A stretch of DNA of 64,000 bases from Phycisphaerales bacterium (GCA_965227775.1 OZ245777.1:2432001-2496000), one strand, 5' to 3'; shown: positions 1 through 9,937, numbered from the stretch's first letter. Notes: a model not told the origin generated them from the letters alone. Numbers and translations: made by a program.

Positions 1-2
1 AG

Positions 3-2255
3 CTCTATCGCTACATCCGCGAGGCCGGCCTCAGCGTGCCGGTGATCAACTCGAACAACCTCTGGGCGGGCGAAGAGGCCGAGATCGACTGCTGGGTAGG
101 CAGCGACGACCTGCTCGCCTCGCTCCGCCAGCTCAGCGAGGTCCGGCCCGATCGGCCGCGGGTCGTCCTCGACTTGGCCGTTGGCGACCCGCCCACGTGG
201 GGCGAGAAGACCGAGCCGGTTGATGGTGGCGCGTTGCTCCGCCGGATCGTCGAGATCCTCGCCGGCGCCGGGCAGTTCACGCTCTCGCGTTTCGCGCCGG
301 GCGGCCACGTTGGCTTCTCGGGCGGGCGGCTAGCCAACCGCTCGTGGTCGTACGCGGCGACGGATCGCGGTGGTCTGGTCGACGCGGCCGGTCGCGCGAC
401 GCCGGCGATGCTGGTCGTGCGCCGCGCGTGCATGTTCGCCAGCAGCTTCGCCCGCGTGCTGGCGCACCTCAACCCCGAGCTGCGGCCCATGGTCGTGCAC
501 CCCGGCGAGCCCCCACGCGACGCCAAGGGCCAGGTCTCGATCGTCCAGCTCAACGGTTCGCAGGGCGGCGTCGCGCTCGTGTTCGATCTCGCCGCCGGCG
601 GCTCGGGCAAGACCAAGGCCTCGTGTACGCTGCTGCTGGCCGACGGCACCACCCTGCCCGTGCACCTTGGCGAGCAGGGCGTGGCGTGGCTGTTGCACGA
701 CATCAAGCTCACCAGCAAGCACACGCTGGACTACACCAACCTCAGCGTGCTCACCAGCTCGGGCTCCATGATGGTCGCCTACGGCCCGGCGGCCACCGAG
801 GGCATCGTGTGTATCAACGGCTCGCCCCTGCACGTCACAGTGCCGCGCGGCAAGAGTCCTCAGGCCCTTGAGCACGAGGGCGTGCTCGTCATCGTGTGCA
901 ACGAGCAGCAGGTCGACGAGTGCTTCGTGCACGAGGGCAAGGCCTACGTGGGTGTCGCGGGGCTGACCGCCGACGGCACGCCGATCGCGCTGCCGGGCTC
1001 GAAGAACTACATGAGTGTCGAGGCCGACGGCACCATCAAGACGCACGACCACGACGCGCCCCCGAAGGCCCCCAAGCGCATCGCGCTCGACTGGTCGACC
1101 GCCGACACCGAGGAGTACTGCACCGGCGAGAGCGCCAAGTACGCCAGCATCGACGGGCCGGCCGACCTCGCGACGCTCGGCGCGCCCTCGGGCTACGGCT
1201 GGTACCGCGTGACCGGCAAGCTCAGCGGCGAGAAGGTCAAGCTCGCGTTCCCCGAGGCCGCCGACCGCCTGCATGTGTATTTGGAAGGCCAGACCCTCGG
1301 CGTCGCGGGCTTCGGTCCGGGCGCTTCCGAGACGGTCGACGCCAAGCTGCCCAAGACCGACACCTCCATGGTCGTCCTCGCCGAGAACCTCGGGCGCGCG
1401 GCCGCGGGCATCCTCTTCGGCGAGCGCAAGGGCGTCTTCGGCCACGCGTTCGAGCTGGCCCCGCTGGAGATGGAGGGCCCGATCGTCGAGCAGCACCTGC
1501 CGACCGACCTGCTGGGCTTCCGCAGCCCGATGTGGAACGTGCACCAGAACGACCACACCGCGCCCTTCCGCTTCGTGTGGAACTTCACCCACCGGCGCAA
1601 GAGCCCGCTGTTCCTCTCGATCGGCGGCGGCCTGGGCCGCGGCCTGTTCCTGCTGAACGACGAGCCGCTGGCGTGCTTCGACGACGCGGGCTTCACGGGC
1701 CTCAAGCTCGAGCCCGACGAGATCAAGCGCGGCGCCAACGTGCTGCATCTCGCGCTGCACGACGACGGCGTCGTCGGCCCGCAGACGATGGAAGAGGGCC
1801 AGGCGATGCTTGCCGACATCAAGGCGGCGCTGCGCATCGACGAGGGGACGAACGAGGTCACCGGCAAGGCCGACTGGGCCTTCGCCAAGTGGGAGAAGCC
1901 GGCCCCCAGCGCCTACGAGCCCGTGCCGAAGGCCAACCTGAAGGCCAGCGCCAAGCTCGGCGGCCCGGCCTGGTGGAAGACGAGTTTTGAGTGGACCGAT
2001 CCCGGCGTGCCGCTCATGGTCGACCTCAACGGCATGACCAAGGGCCAGGCCTACGTCAATGGCGAGCACCTGGGCCGCTACTTCGTCGCCACCGCCGACA
2101 AGAAGCCGACCGGCAACGCAACGACGATGCACATCCCCGCGAGCCTGCTGAAGGCCGGCAAGCACAACGAGTTTGCGATCTTCGACGAGCACGGGGCGAT
2201 GCCGGCAAAGGTGAAGCTAGCGTATGACGCGAGCGCGGCGGTGATCACTTCTTAA
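3..2255 (+). CDS. GH35 beta-galactosidase-like protein (5' end outside the window)
   Basis: Frame is open from position 3. C-terminal GH35-type motifs: SGYGWYR, VLAENLGR, GMTKGQAYVNGEHLGRY, NEFAIFDE. Confidence 0.7.
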   Translation, partial: LYRYIREAGLSVPVINSNNLWAGEEAEIDCWVGSDDLLASLRQLSEVRPDRPRVVLDLAVGDPPTWGEKTEPVDGGALLRRIVEILAGAGQFTLSRFAPGGHVGFSGGRLANRSWSYAATDRGGLVDAAGRATPAMLVVRRACMFASSFARVLAHLNPELRPMVVHPGEPPRDAKGQVSIVQLNGSQGGVALVFDLAAGGSGKTKASCTLLLADGTTLPVHLGEQGVAWLLHDIKLTSKHTLDYTNLSVLTSSGSMMVAYGPAATEGIVCINGSPLHVTVPRGKSPQALEHEGVLVIVCNEQQVDECFVHEGKAYVGVAGLTADGTPIALPGSKNYMSVEADGTIKTHDHDAPPKAPKRIALDWSTADTEEYCTGESAKYASIDGPADLATLGAPSGYGWYRVTGKLSGEKVKLAFPEAADRLHVYLEGQTLGVAGFGPGASETVDAKLPKTDTSMVVLAENLGRAAAGILFGERKGVFGHAFELAPLEMEGPIVEQHLPTDLLGFRSPMWNVHQNDHTAPFRFVWNFTHRRKSPLFLSIGGGLGRGLFLLNDEPLACFDDAGFTGLKLEPDEIKRGANVLHLALHDDGVVGPQTMEEGQAMLADIKAALRIDEGTNEVTGKADWAFAKWEKPAPSAYEPVPKANLKASAKLGGPAWWKTSFEWTDPGVPLMVDLNGMTKGQAYVNGEHLGRYFVATADKKPTGNATTMHIPASLLKAGKHNEFAIFDEHGAMPAKVKLAYDASAAVITS

Positions 2256-2396
2256 CCTGGCGTTTGGGTGTCTGCGATATTGGGGCAATCTAGGGAAAAC
2301 TCCGATGAGGAGCCAGACATTTCCTAGGTATCCTGTGCGTAGGCAATGAAGCAGCGGTCAGGCCTGACCGCGCGGTCGTTCGCAAAAGGAGATGCC

Positions 2397-5039
2397 ATGA
2401 AGTCGCTACGTATCGCGTGGTGCGCGTTGATTGCGCACGCATCGTTCCTGGGCGCCGCCTCGATGGCGGAAACCGAATCGAAGTGCACCTCGTGCAACGG
2501 TCTACCCAATCCGATGGTGTTCTACGTCGATGGCACGTTTGGACTACCAAGACAGGCGTGGACCACGCACTTCAACCAGCCAAGTCGGCCGGTCAAGACG
2601 CTGCACGACGCCAAGATGCTGATCAGGGAGTTCAGGACCCAGTGTTTCGAAGACGGCCTATCCCTCGACCGCAACATTCAAGTACAGATCCGCGAGGGAA
2701 CGTATGTGCCGGACCTCGATGCTGACAACCGTCCAGCACCGTTGCGCCTCGACGACCCAGACCTCGACGGCGGCACCCCCAGCTACAGCATCACGTGGAC
2801 TGCGGTCTGGTCGAACGTGCTCGATGACTATGAAAGCGTCCTGATCAGCGGCGGCATCGTGCTCGATCAGTTCACGTCAAATTCACCGTCTGAGGTCGAT
2901 CATTGGTGGACGCAAAAAACGCCATGGTCCACCACCGGCTGGCAGGATGAACTCGTCCTGCGAGACCTGTACGTCGGCAACACGCGCGCGATCCGGGCGC
3001 GTGAGCCGGATATTGGCGAAGCCGACACGATCGAGGGTTTTGCTACGGTCGACGGCATGGATATCACGATCGGTTCTCCGGGCGAGATGGGGATGCTCAA
3101 AACCTCCGCGAACAAGTACACGCTTGTCGTGGACCACGAGTTTCCAAAGTCGACGGTCATTCCCCCTCCGATCCGTTCTTATGGATCGGAGCGTGGCACC
3201 GAGTGCGTCCTGCGATGGGGCGGTGGTTGGGCCTCCCATCGGCAGTATGTTCGCGATGTGAGGCCGGACACGATGACGGGAAAGACCGAGATCGATCTCT
3301 GGGACATGATCGGCGTCCCTGGCATCCCAGAGCGTGAGTCGATGTATGTCTACGACCACGATCCGATGAAGTGCGGCAACGTCTCAGAAGTCTACCTCGA
3401 AAACGCATGGGAGTTCATGAACCAGCCCTACGAGTGGTGGTTCAATCCGATGGGCGGTGACACGGATCCATACGCGAACGACCGCCTCTGGATCATCCTG
3501 CCCGACGGCGTGATACCCGGCAATATCCAGGGCGAGACTTCAACAATCGAGATCGTGGCGCCGTACGCCGCCGAGCTCTTCATTCTCGAAGACTGTACGA
3601 ACGTCATCATCAAGAACCTCAACTTTGCACACACACGCCAGGCACTACCACGGCCGGGCAACTTCGACGATCTGCATGGCGGCCAGCCCGTCGTTATCTA
3701 CCAGCCATCCGGAACTCCGCAAGGAAATTACGAGGATTTCCAGATCCTGAAGCGATCACAGATCACCCCTTCACTAGAAGATGAAGTTGAGTATCCGTAT
3801 GTCGGATGGTTCGAGGCGATGCGAAACAACCAGTTTTACGTGGAGAAGAAAGGTCCTGTGTACTCGAAGTACGCGCACGGGGCCGCCATCCGGTCGGTGC
3901 GGGGGGATGGCGTGGTCGTCCGCAACTGCCGCATCGCGCACCTCGGAGGGTCGGGCATCGTCTTCGCCGATGGTGGCGGATCCCGTGATCCTTCCGTCGA
4001 TGAGCTCGTCAACACGATCGAGAGCAACGAGATCTTCAACGTCGGCGCCTCGGCGGTCGTGCTCTGCCGGGAGAACAGAACCACGCACTTTGATCTGAAT
4101 GGCCCGCAAGTCACGCCACAGGACTTCGCCGTTACGGACAACTACATCTACGACATCGGGAAGACGTACCTTGCGTCCCCGGGCATCCACATCGGCTGGA
4201 CCGCCAGCGGTGAGGGTCACACCGGCCTCCATGCGGACAACGGCGGTAAAGTGCTGCGAAACTACATCGCACAATGCCCATCCGATGGAATCTACATGGG
4301 CCACCAGCCCGAAGACAACAACTGCCAGACTCTTCCTGGCCGCCAGCATAACCGCAACCTGGAGGTGGAGGAGAACGTTGTTCGGGACGCGGTGCTCCTC
4401 ATGCATGACATGGCGAGCATCGTGATGATGCACGACGCGGATAATTGCGACGTGCGCTGGAACGTGGTGTACCAGACCACGCCGCACACCGGGCGTGCGG
4501 CGTATTCGAGGCGCGGGCTGTACACGGATGGGAAGGGGTACCAGTTCCAGGGTGCCTCCGGCTGGACGATCGAGGAGAACCTGATCTGGAACATCACCCG
4601 ACAATTCCACATGAATACGAGGTTCACCTGCCCGGACGACAACATGTGGCTGAGGAACTACGTGGACGACAACCCTCCGATCATGCCGTGCAACAAGTGC
4701 ACCGTTGGTGATATGGAGAGCTTCATGGAGGGGGGGTGCACCTTTTCCACTACTGAATGCCTATTGACGCCCTTCTGGATGCCGGATCCAGTTGTCGAGT
4801 GTGCCAATGGGTTTGAGGTGAGCAGGCTGCACATCCAGTTCGGCCCAGTGAGCGGACCGGGCTCGGAGCGGTACACGTACGACGCGAATCTCGCCGACCC
4901 GGCGACCCGGAGTGGCCCCGCTACGACGCTGATCGGAGACGCGGGGCCAGATTCGCTGCTGCACTCGTTCCTGTACACGTCCTTCGAGCCGCTGATCCAC
5001 CCATCGGGGGCCATGAACCGAACGCCGCCAGCGCCATAG
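2397..5039 (+). CDS. Secreted right-handed parallel beta-helix (pectin lyase-fold) protein
   Basis: AAAGGAG before ATG 2397; signal peptide; motifs FYVDG, IREGTY, LYVGNTRAIRAREPD, YLENAWEFMNQPYEWW; beta-helix rungs (VRNCRIAHLGGSGI, IESNEIFNVG, VTDNYIYDIG). Confidence 0.75.
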   Translation: MKSLRIAWCALIAHASFLGAASMAETESKCTSCNGLPNPMVFYVDGTFGLPRQAWTTHFNQPSRPVKTLHDAKMLIREFRTQCFEDGLSLDRNIQVQIREGTYVPDLDADNRPAPLRLDDPDLDGGTPSYSITWTAVWSNVLDDYESVLISGGIVLDQFTSNSPSEVDHWWTQKTPWSTTGWQDELVLRDLYVGNTRAIRAREPDIGEADTIEGFATVDGMDITIGSPGEMGMLKTSANKYTLVVDHEFPKSTVIPPPIRSYGSERGTECVLRWGGGWASHRQYVRDVRPDTMTGKTEIDLWDMIGVPGIPERESMYVYDHDPMKCGNVSEVYLENAWEFMNQPYEWWFNPMGGDTDPYANDRLWIILPDGVIPGNIQGETSTIEIVAPYAAELFILEDCTNVIIKNLNFAHTRQALPRPGNFDDLHGGQPVVIYQPSGTPQGNYEDFQILKRSQITPSLEDEVEYPYVGWFEAMRNNQFYVEKKGPVYSKYAHGAAIRSVRGDGVVVRNCRIAHLGGSGIVFADGGGSRDPSVDELVNTIESNEIFNVGASAVVLCRENRTTHFDLNGPQVTPQDFAVTDNYIYDIGKTYLASPGIHIGWTASGEGHTGLHADNGGKVLRNYIAQCPSDGIYMGHQPEDNNCQTLPGRQHNRNLEVEENVVRDAVLLMHDMASIVMMHDADNCDVRWNVVYQTTPHTGRAAYSRRGLYTDGKGYQFQGASGWTIEENLIWNITRQFHMNTRFTCPDDNMWLRNYVDDNPPIMPCNKCTVGDMESFMEGGCTFSTTECLLTPFWMPDPVVECANGFEVSRLHIQFGPVSGPGSERYTYDANLADPATRSGPATTLIGDAGPDSLLHSFLYTSFEPLIHPSGAMNRTPPAP

Positions 5040-5061
5040 CAGTTCGGTCTCACGCAGCATT

Positions 5062-5330
5062 GCGGTGCGGCGTGGGTTCTGCGTTGCACCGCTGTCATTG
5101 GGGCGATTGCGACCGCTCGCATCTGGAGCCACGGCGGCAGCTCGCCGTGGCCTTCCCATCCCACGCCCGCGCTCGGCCAGTACACGCTCGTGAAGCCCGA
5201 GCGTGTACTCGACGGCCCAACGCACAACCCCGTGTCGCCCGGCCGCCATCCCGGCGGGTCCGGGCGTGCTCTCGTTCTCTCTGAGGGCGTGCCCGGGCTC
5301 GCCAAAAGCCTGCCCGCGTCGCGCGGGCAG
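5062..5330. repeat. Cluster of five GC-rich stem-loops (REP-like or structured RNA)
   Basis: Inverted repeats at 5062-5092, 5128-5151, 5179-5209 (12 bp perfect), 5236-5266, 5310-5330. Confidence 0.55.
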
Positions 5331-5619
5331 CCGCTTATCGACCCCGTCCCCGAACCAAAAACGTCGATGGAACCTCGACAAACCGATGCGTGCGATCGCT
5401 TTCCGCCCCAAGCCTCGGCTGCATTCTGGCGAGTTTGCATTCCTTGGGCGCTGGGGTGCGCGCAGGTAAGAGTGCGGAGTTGCTTGATCTTGGACTCAAG
5501 TTGCATTCCCGGACCGTCGACGTTGGGAGCGGGCCGCCGCGGCGCGCGTCGCGGGGCCCGGGGTTGATCGGGGCGGAATGCGTTGAACCGGCGCGATCAT
5601 ACGAAAGGCTGGCATCAGC

Positions 5620-6330
5620 ATGAGCGGATCGAAGTCGACCGTGCCCGGCGGAGACCGGGCGTCACTCCAATTCACCGAAGATCGCAAGCAGCTCTGAGCA
5701 ACCAACGCCGCGCTCATCGGCCTATCCGCCGAAGACACCACGGCGTTGACCGATAGCAGCGACGCGGCCCAAGCGGCCCTGGACTCACGCGTCGCGGCGT
5801 TCAATGCCGCGAAGGCGAGTACCGTGACGTGGCACAACGCCGCCGAGACGAACCGCTCGCTGGCGCAGGATCTCGTCCGCAAGATCCGCGGTTTTGCCGT
5901 GCAGCAGGCCGACCCGGACGCGGTGTACGCCGCGGCCCAGATCGACCCGCCCAAGACGCCCGGCGACCTGCCGGCGCCCGAGGTGCCCACCGATCTGAAG
6001 ATCAGCCTCGACACCGAGGGACGCGCGGTGCTCACGTTCGACTCGACCCGCTTCGGCGGCACGACCTGGCGCATCCAGCGCCGCACGGTGAGCACCCATG
6101 GCGCCATCTCGCCGTGGGCCTCGGTCGACTGGGTCTACGAGCGCAAGTTCACCGACCAATCGACGCCCAGCGGCGTCGCCGGCGTGCATTATCGCGTGCG
6201 GGCCGAGCGCCCCAGCGGCACGAGCGCGTACTCGACGCCCGTCGCCCTGCCCTTCGGCGCGGGCGGGAACCAGCAGGCAACTGCGGGCGCCATCGCGCCC
6301 GAGGACCTGAGCGGCAAGCAGGCCGGCTGA
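5620..6330 (+). pseudogene. Fibronectin type III-like protein interrupted by in-frame TGA (5695-5697)
   Basis: GAAAGG then ATG 5620, in frame with ORF 5746-6330: MSGSKSTVPGGDRASLQFTEDRKQL*ATNAALIGLS. C-terminus has FN3-like PTDLKI...FTDQSTPSG...HYRVRAER. Confidence 0.65.
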
Positions 6331-6363
6331 GGCAACGCCGTCCATTCGGAACGCCGCGGGGCG

Positions 6364-6972
6364 CTACGGGCAGCCGGCGTCGAACGCGTTCTGGAAGGCC
6401 AGGAAGTCGAAGATGGTCAGCTCGCCGTCGCCGTCGAAGTCTGCGACCGGGTCGCTCGCGTCGAAGAGGTTCTGGAACTGCAGGAAGTCGAAGATGGTCA
6501 GTTCGCCGTCGCCGTCCAGGTCGCCGATGGCGATCGACGTGGGCCCGTCGCCCGCGCCGTAGAGGACGTCGCCGGCGAAGGTGCCGTCGCCGTTGTTGAG
6601 CAGCACACTGACGTCGTCGCTGAAGGCACTAGCCGCGACCACGTCGCGGTCGCCGTCGCCGTCCAGATCGCCGATGGCCACCGACTGGGGCCAGTCGCCC
6701 ACGCCGTACGAGACGCCGGGCGCGAGTGTGCCGTCTCCGTTGCCCATCAGCACGAGGACGTCGTCGTCGAAGCCGTTGGCCATGACGAGGTCGCCGACAC
6801 CGTCGCCGTTGACGTCGCCGATGGCCACCGCCCACGGACCGGCGCCCGCGGCGTAGGCCACGTCGGGCGCGAAGATCTGGGTGGGATCGCAGGTCTGGGC
6901 GAGCGCGGTCATGTGGAGGGTGGCCAGCGCGGCAAGGGCGGCCAGCCCGGCGACGGGACGGATCTTGGGCAT
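6364..6972 (-). CDS. Secreted FG-GAP repeat protein with C-terminal GC-type dockerin
   Basis: Signal peptide; AIGDVNGDG and AIGDLDGDG repeats; ends ELTIFDFLQFQNLFDASDPVADFDGDGELTIFDFLAFQNAFDAGCP; GAGGAG upstream of ATG 6972. Confidence 0.85.
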   Translation of the reverse strand: MPKIRPVAGLAALAALATLHMTALAQTCDPTQIFAPDVAYAAGAGPWAVAIGDVNGDGVGDLVMANGFDDDVLVLMGNGDGTLAPGVSYGVGDWPQSVAIGDLDGDGDRDVVAASAFSDDVSVLLNNGDGTFAGDVLYGAGDGPTSIAIGDLDGDGELTIFDFLQFQNLFDASDPVADFDGDGELTIFDFLAFQNAFDAGCP

Positions 6973-7060
6973 CTCGGGGCTCCTCTGGGCTCCAGCATAC
7001 CAGAAACTGCTCGCGTCCACAAGGGCAATTCCGTTCCTGGCGATCGCAACGGCCGCCGAC

Positions 7061-9073
7061 CTACACCAGCTTCTGGCCCGGCAGCAGCGGGGGCACGGGC
7101 ACGCCCAGCAGGTCGGCGACGGCGCGGAGCAGGTCGGCCTCGGCCGGGGTCACCTCGTGGTCATGGGCGATGGCGACGGCGGCGGCCTGGAGCACGACCT
7201 GCTTGAGCCGGGGCGCCATCGTGCGCAGGTCGGCGATGGCGGCGTCGAGCTTCGCCGGCGCGCGCTCGGCGGCGCTGGGGAACTCGAGCGTGGGGGCCAT
7301 GCCCGGGGCGCGCTTGATCACTTCGGCGGCGGCGTCGAACGCATCGTCCGCATCGCCGGGCTGCTGCTGGCCCGCGCGGCAGACCGCGCCGAGCACGGCG
7401 CTGAGCTGCGGGCCGAGCTGGCCCATGGCGTAGTACTTGACGCCAGGGGGGCGCGCGTCCTTGAAGCGCTCATCGAGGTGGGACTCCAGGATGCGGAGTG
7501 TGGCCCACTCTGCGGTTGTCATCTTGCCGTCGGCCATGGCGAGCTGGTGGACAACCTTGCGGAAATTCGCGTGCTGGCTCTCGCTCAGCCGCGCGAGCGC
7601 GCCCAGGCAGAGGTCAATAAGCGGCAGCCGCAGGTCGGCGTCGAGCCCCGCGGCGTCCTTGGCCAGCTCGCGCACGAGCGCGGCAACGCCGGTGTCGCCC
7701 TGTTGGTCCAGGACGTCGAGTTGTTTGCGCATGGCCGCGTCGTCGTCGGTCCAGTGCACGAACAGGGCGTACGCGACGGCGCGACACCCATACGGATCGC
7801 GCGCGGCGGCCTTGAGCTTCTCGGGGATGCGATCGAGCAGCGTTCGCGCGTGGCCGGCGTGGGCCTCGCTCGCCGTCCCGATGAGCGCGAGCAGCGGGAG
7901 GGCGGCCGCGGCCCCGGCGGGTGCGATGCCCTGCGCCGCGCCCATGCGCTCGCGCATGATGTCCTCGAGCTGTTGTCTCGGGCCGGGCTTCTTCTGGGTT
8001 GCCTTGTCCTGGGGCAGCGGCTTGGGCGGGCGGGGCTTGAGGAACGTCCCGTCCCACTTTGGCTGGACAGCGCGGATGCGTTTCCTCAGCGGTGGGTGGC
8101 TGGCGAGCGAGGCCCCGAGGAAGCTGCTGGCGCTCACGGCGTTGCCGAAGAACATGTGGCTCATCTCGCGCGCATGGGCGTTCATGATGGCCGACCGCTT
8201 GGGCGCGCCACCAATCCGGCGGAGCGCGTCGCCAATGCCATCGGGATTGCGCGTGAACTGCACCGCGCTGGCATCGGCCAAAAACTCGCGCTGGCGGCTG
8301 ACGGCCGCCTGGATCAAGCGTGCGAACAAGGAACCGATGCCGCCGATGACGATCAGGCCCACGCCCAAGACGATGATGACGATGGCGCCCTTGTTGTCCC
8401 GGCTGCGAGCCAGCGAGCCGTAGTAGGTGGCGCGCATGAGCGTGTACCCGGCCAGGCTCAGAAGCACGATGCCGCCGAGGATGCCGACTAGGCGGATGTT
8501 CAGCCGCATGTCGCCGTTCAAGATGTGGCTGTACTCGTGGGCCATGACGCCCTGGAGCTCGTCGCGCGTCAGCCCGTGCACGCAGCCGCGCGTGACGCCG
8601 ATGACCGCGTCACCCGGCGAGTAGCCCGCGGCGAACGCGTTGATGCCCGTCTCCTGCTCCATCATAAAGACCGGCGGCACGGGCACGCCGCTGGCGATGG
8701 ACATCTCCTCGACGACGTTGAGGACCATCCGCTCGTCGGGGTCGCTGGTTGAGGGATCGATCGGGCGCCCGCCCAGCGACATCGCGACGCTCTTGCCGCC
8801 GCCGCGCAGCTCGCTGATGCGGTAGGCGGTGCCGCCGGCGATCAGCAGCGCCGCGCCGATTGCGCCACCGCCGGCGAACAGCGTCAGCAGAAACGGGTCG
8901 GGCCCACGGCCGCCCTTGTCTTCGACCGTGATGAGCGCGATGAGGACGGCCAGCGCCGCAACGGCCGCGCACGTGAGCACGACCGCGCAGACGTACAAGA
9001 AGACCAGGAGCGCCGTGCGCTTGCGCGCGGTCTCCTGGCGTCCGAAGAAGTCGGTGGTCTGGAGGTCGGCCAT
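7061..9073 (-). CDS. M48 family (HtpX-like) membrane zinc metalloprotease with C-terminal TerB-like extension
   Basis: INAFAAG, ELQGVMAHEYSHI (HExxH), SRQREFLADA, SHPPL; follows lemA. Confidence 0.9.
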   Translation of the reverse strand: MADLQTTDFFGRQETARKRTALLVFLYVCAVVLTCAAVAALAVLIALITVEDKGGRGPDPFLLTLFAGGGAIGAALLIAGGTAYRISELRGGGKSVAMSLGGRPIDPSTSDPDERMVLNVVEEMSIASGVPVPPVFMMEQETGINAFAAGYSPGDAVIGVTRGCVHGLTRDELQGVMAHEYSHILNGDMRLNIRLVGILGGIVLLSLAGYTLMRATYYGSLARSRDNKGAIVIIVLGVGLIVIGGIGSLFARLIQAAVSRQREFLADASAVQFTRNPDGIGDALRRIGGAPKRSAIMNAHAREMSHMFFGNAVSASSFLGASLASHPPLRKRIRAVQPKWDGTFLKPRPPKPLPQDKATQKKPGPRQQLEDIMRERMGAAQGIAPAGAAAALPLLALIGTASEAHAGHARTLLDRIPEKLKAAARDPYGCRAVAYALFVHWTDDDAAMRKQLDVLDQQGDTGVAALVRELAKDAAGLDADLRLPLIDLCLGALARLSESQHANFRKVVHQLAMADGKMTTAEWATLRILESHLDERFKDARPPGVKYYAMGQLGPQLSAVLGAVCRAGQQQPGDADDAFDAAAEVIKRAPGMAPTLEFPSAAERAPAKLDAAIADLRTMAPRLKQVVLQAAAVAIAHDHEVTPAEADLLRAVADLLGVPVPPLLPGQKLV

Positions 9074-9097
9074 GGTCGCGTCAGGCTACCGGGCGGC

Positions 9098-9712
9098 CTA
9101 GTTGAAGGCGACCTTGGGTGCCTCCTGGATCTGCGCCGAGTCCTGGAACTCGAGCAGCCCCGCGTCCTTGCTGTGCCCGAACATGGCCGCGACGATGTTG
9201 TTGGGGAAGCTCTTCTTGTAGATGTTATAGCGCGTGGCACCGTCGTTGAACGCCTGGCGGGCGAAGGCGACCTTGTTCTCGGTGGAGGTGATCTCTTCCT
9301 GCAGCTTCGTCATCTGGCTGTCGGCCTTGAGGTCGGGGTAGGCCTCCATGACGGCCATGAGCCGGCCGAGCGCGCCTGTAAGCGCACCCTCGGCGCTGCC
9401 GAGCCCCTGCATGGCGGCGGGGTCGCCGGGGTTTGCCGCGGCGCTATTCAGGCCGCTGACGGCCTGGTTCCTCGCGGCGATGACGGCCTCGAGCGTCTCG
9501 CGCTCGTGGGCCATGTATCCCTTGGCGGTCTCGACGAGGTTGGGGATGAGGTCGTATCGCCGCTTGAGTTGCACCTCGATCTGGGCGAATGCGTTCTTGA
9601 ATTGCTCCCTGAGCTGGACCAGCTTGTTGTAGACGGCGATGAGCCAGCCGATGCCACCCAGCCCCACGAACGCAACGATGCCGATGATTGCAAGGATGAT
9701 CCACAAGACCAT
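9098..9712 (-). CDS. lemA: LemA family protein
   Basis: N-terminal TM; QIEVQLKRRYDLIPNLVETAKGY, EAYPDLKA, TENKVAFARQAFND. Confidence 0.95.
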   Translation of the reverse strand: MVLWIILAIIGIVAFVGLGGIGWLIAVYNKLVQLREQFKNAFAQIEVQLKRRYDLIPNLVETAKGYMAHERETLEAVIAARNQAVSGLNSAAANPGDPAAMQGLGSAEGALTGALGRLMAVMEAYPDLKADSQMTKLQEEITSTENKVAFARQAFNDGATRYNIYKKSFPNNIVAAMFGHSKDAGLLEFQDSAQIQEAPKVAFN

Positions 9713-9937
9713 GAGCGATGCTCCCCTTCCCGCGCGAGTCTCAAGGGGGCCCATCGCCCCCCGGGAGAGTATTCGGGAATCATCGTATGGGCTTGCACGT
9801 CTGATTGCGTGCGAGGCGGTGTGCCAATCCCGAAGTCTGTCAGGGGCGTCCCGATTGAGGCGCGGCTAGCATGGGCCCAAGGCCGGGCCATGGGGGTCCG
9901 CAGCCGGCACCGATGGGGTCAACCAAGGGGGAATCGC

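Noticed and set aside
5695..5697. Selenocysteine or TGA=Trp genetic code
   Set aside because: TGA is a normal stop for many genes here, TGG is used for Trp throughout, and no redox-Cys context or SECIS-like hairpin was seen.
6370..6520. Direct repeats as CRISPR or DGR repeats
   Set aside because: They are the two coding halves of the dockerin; no spacers, cas genes or reverse transcriptase in the window.
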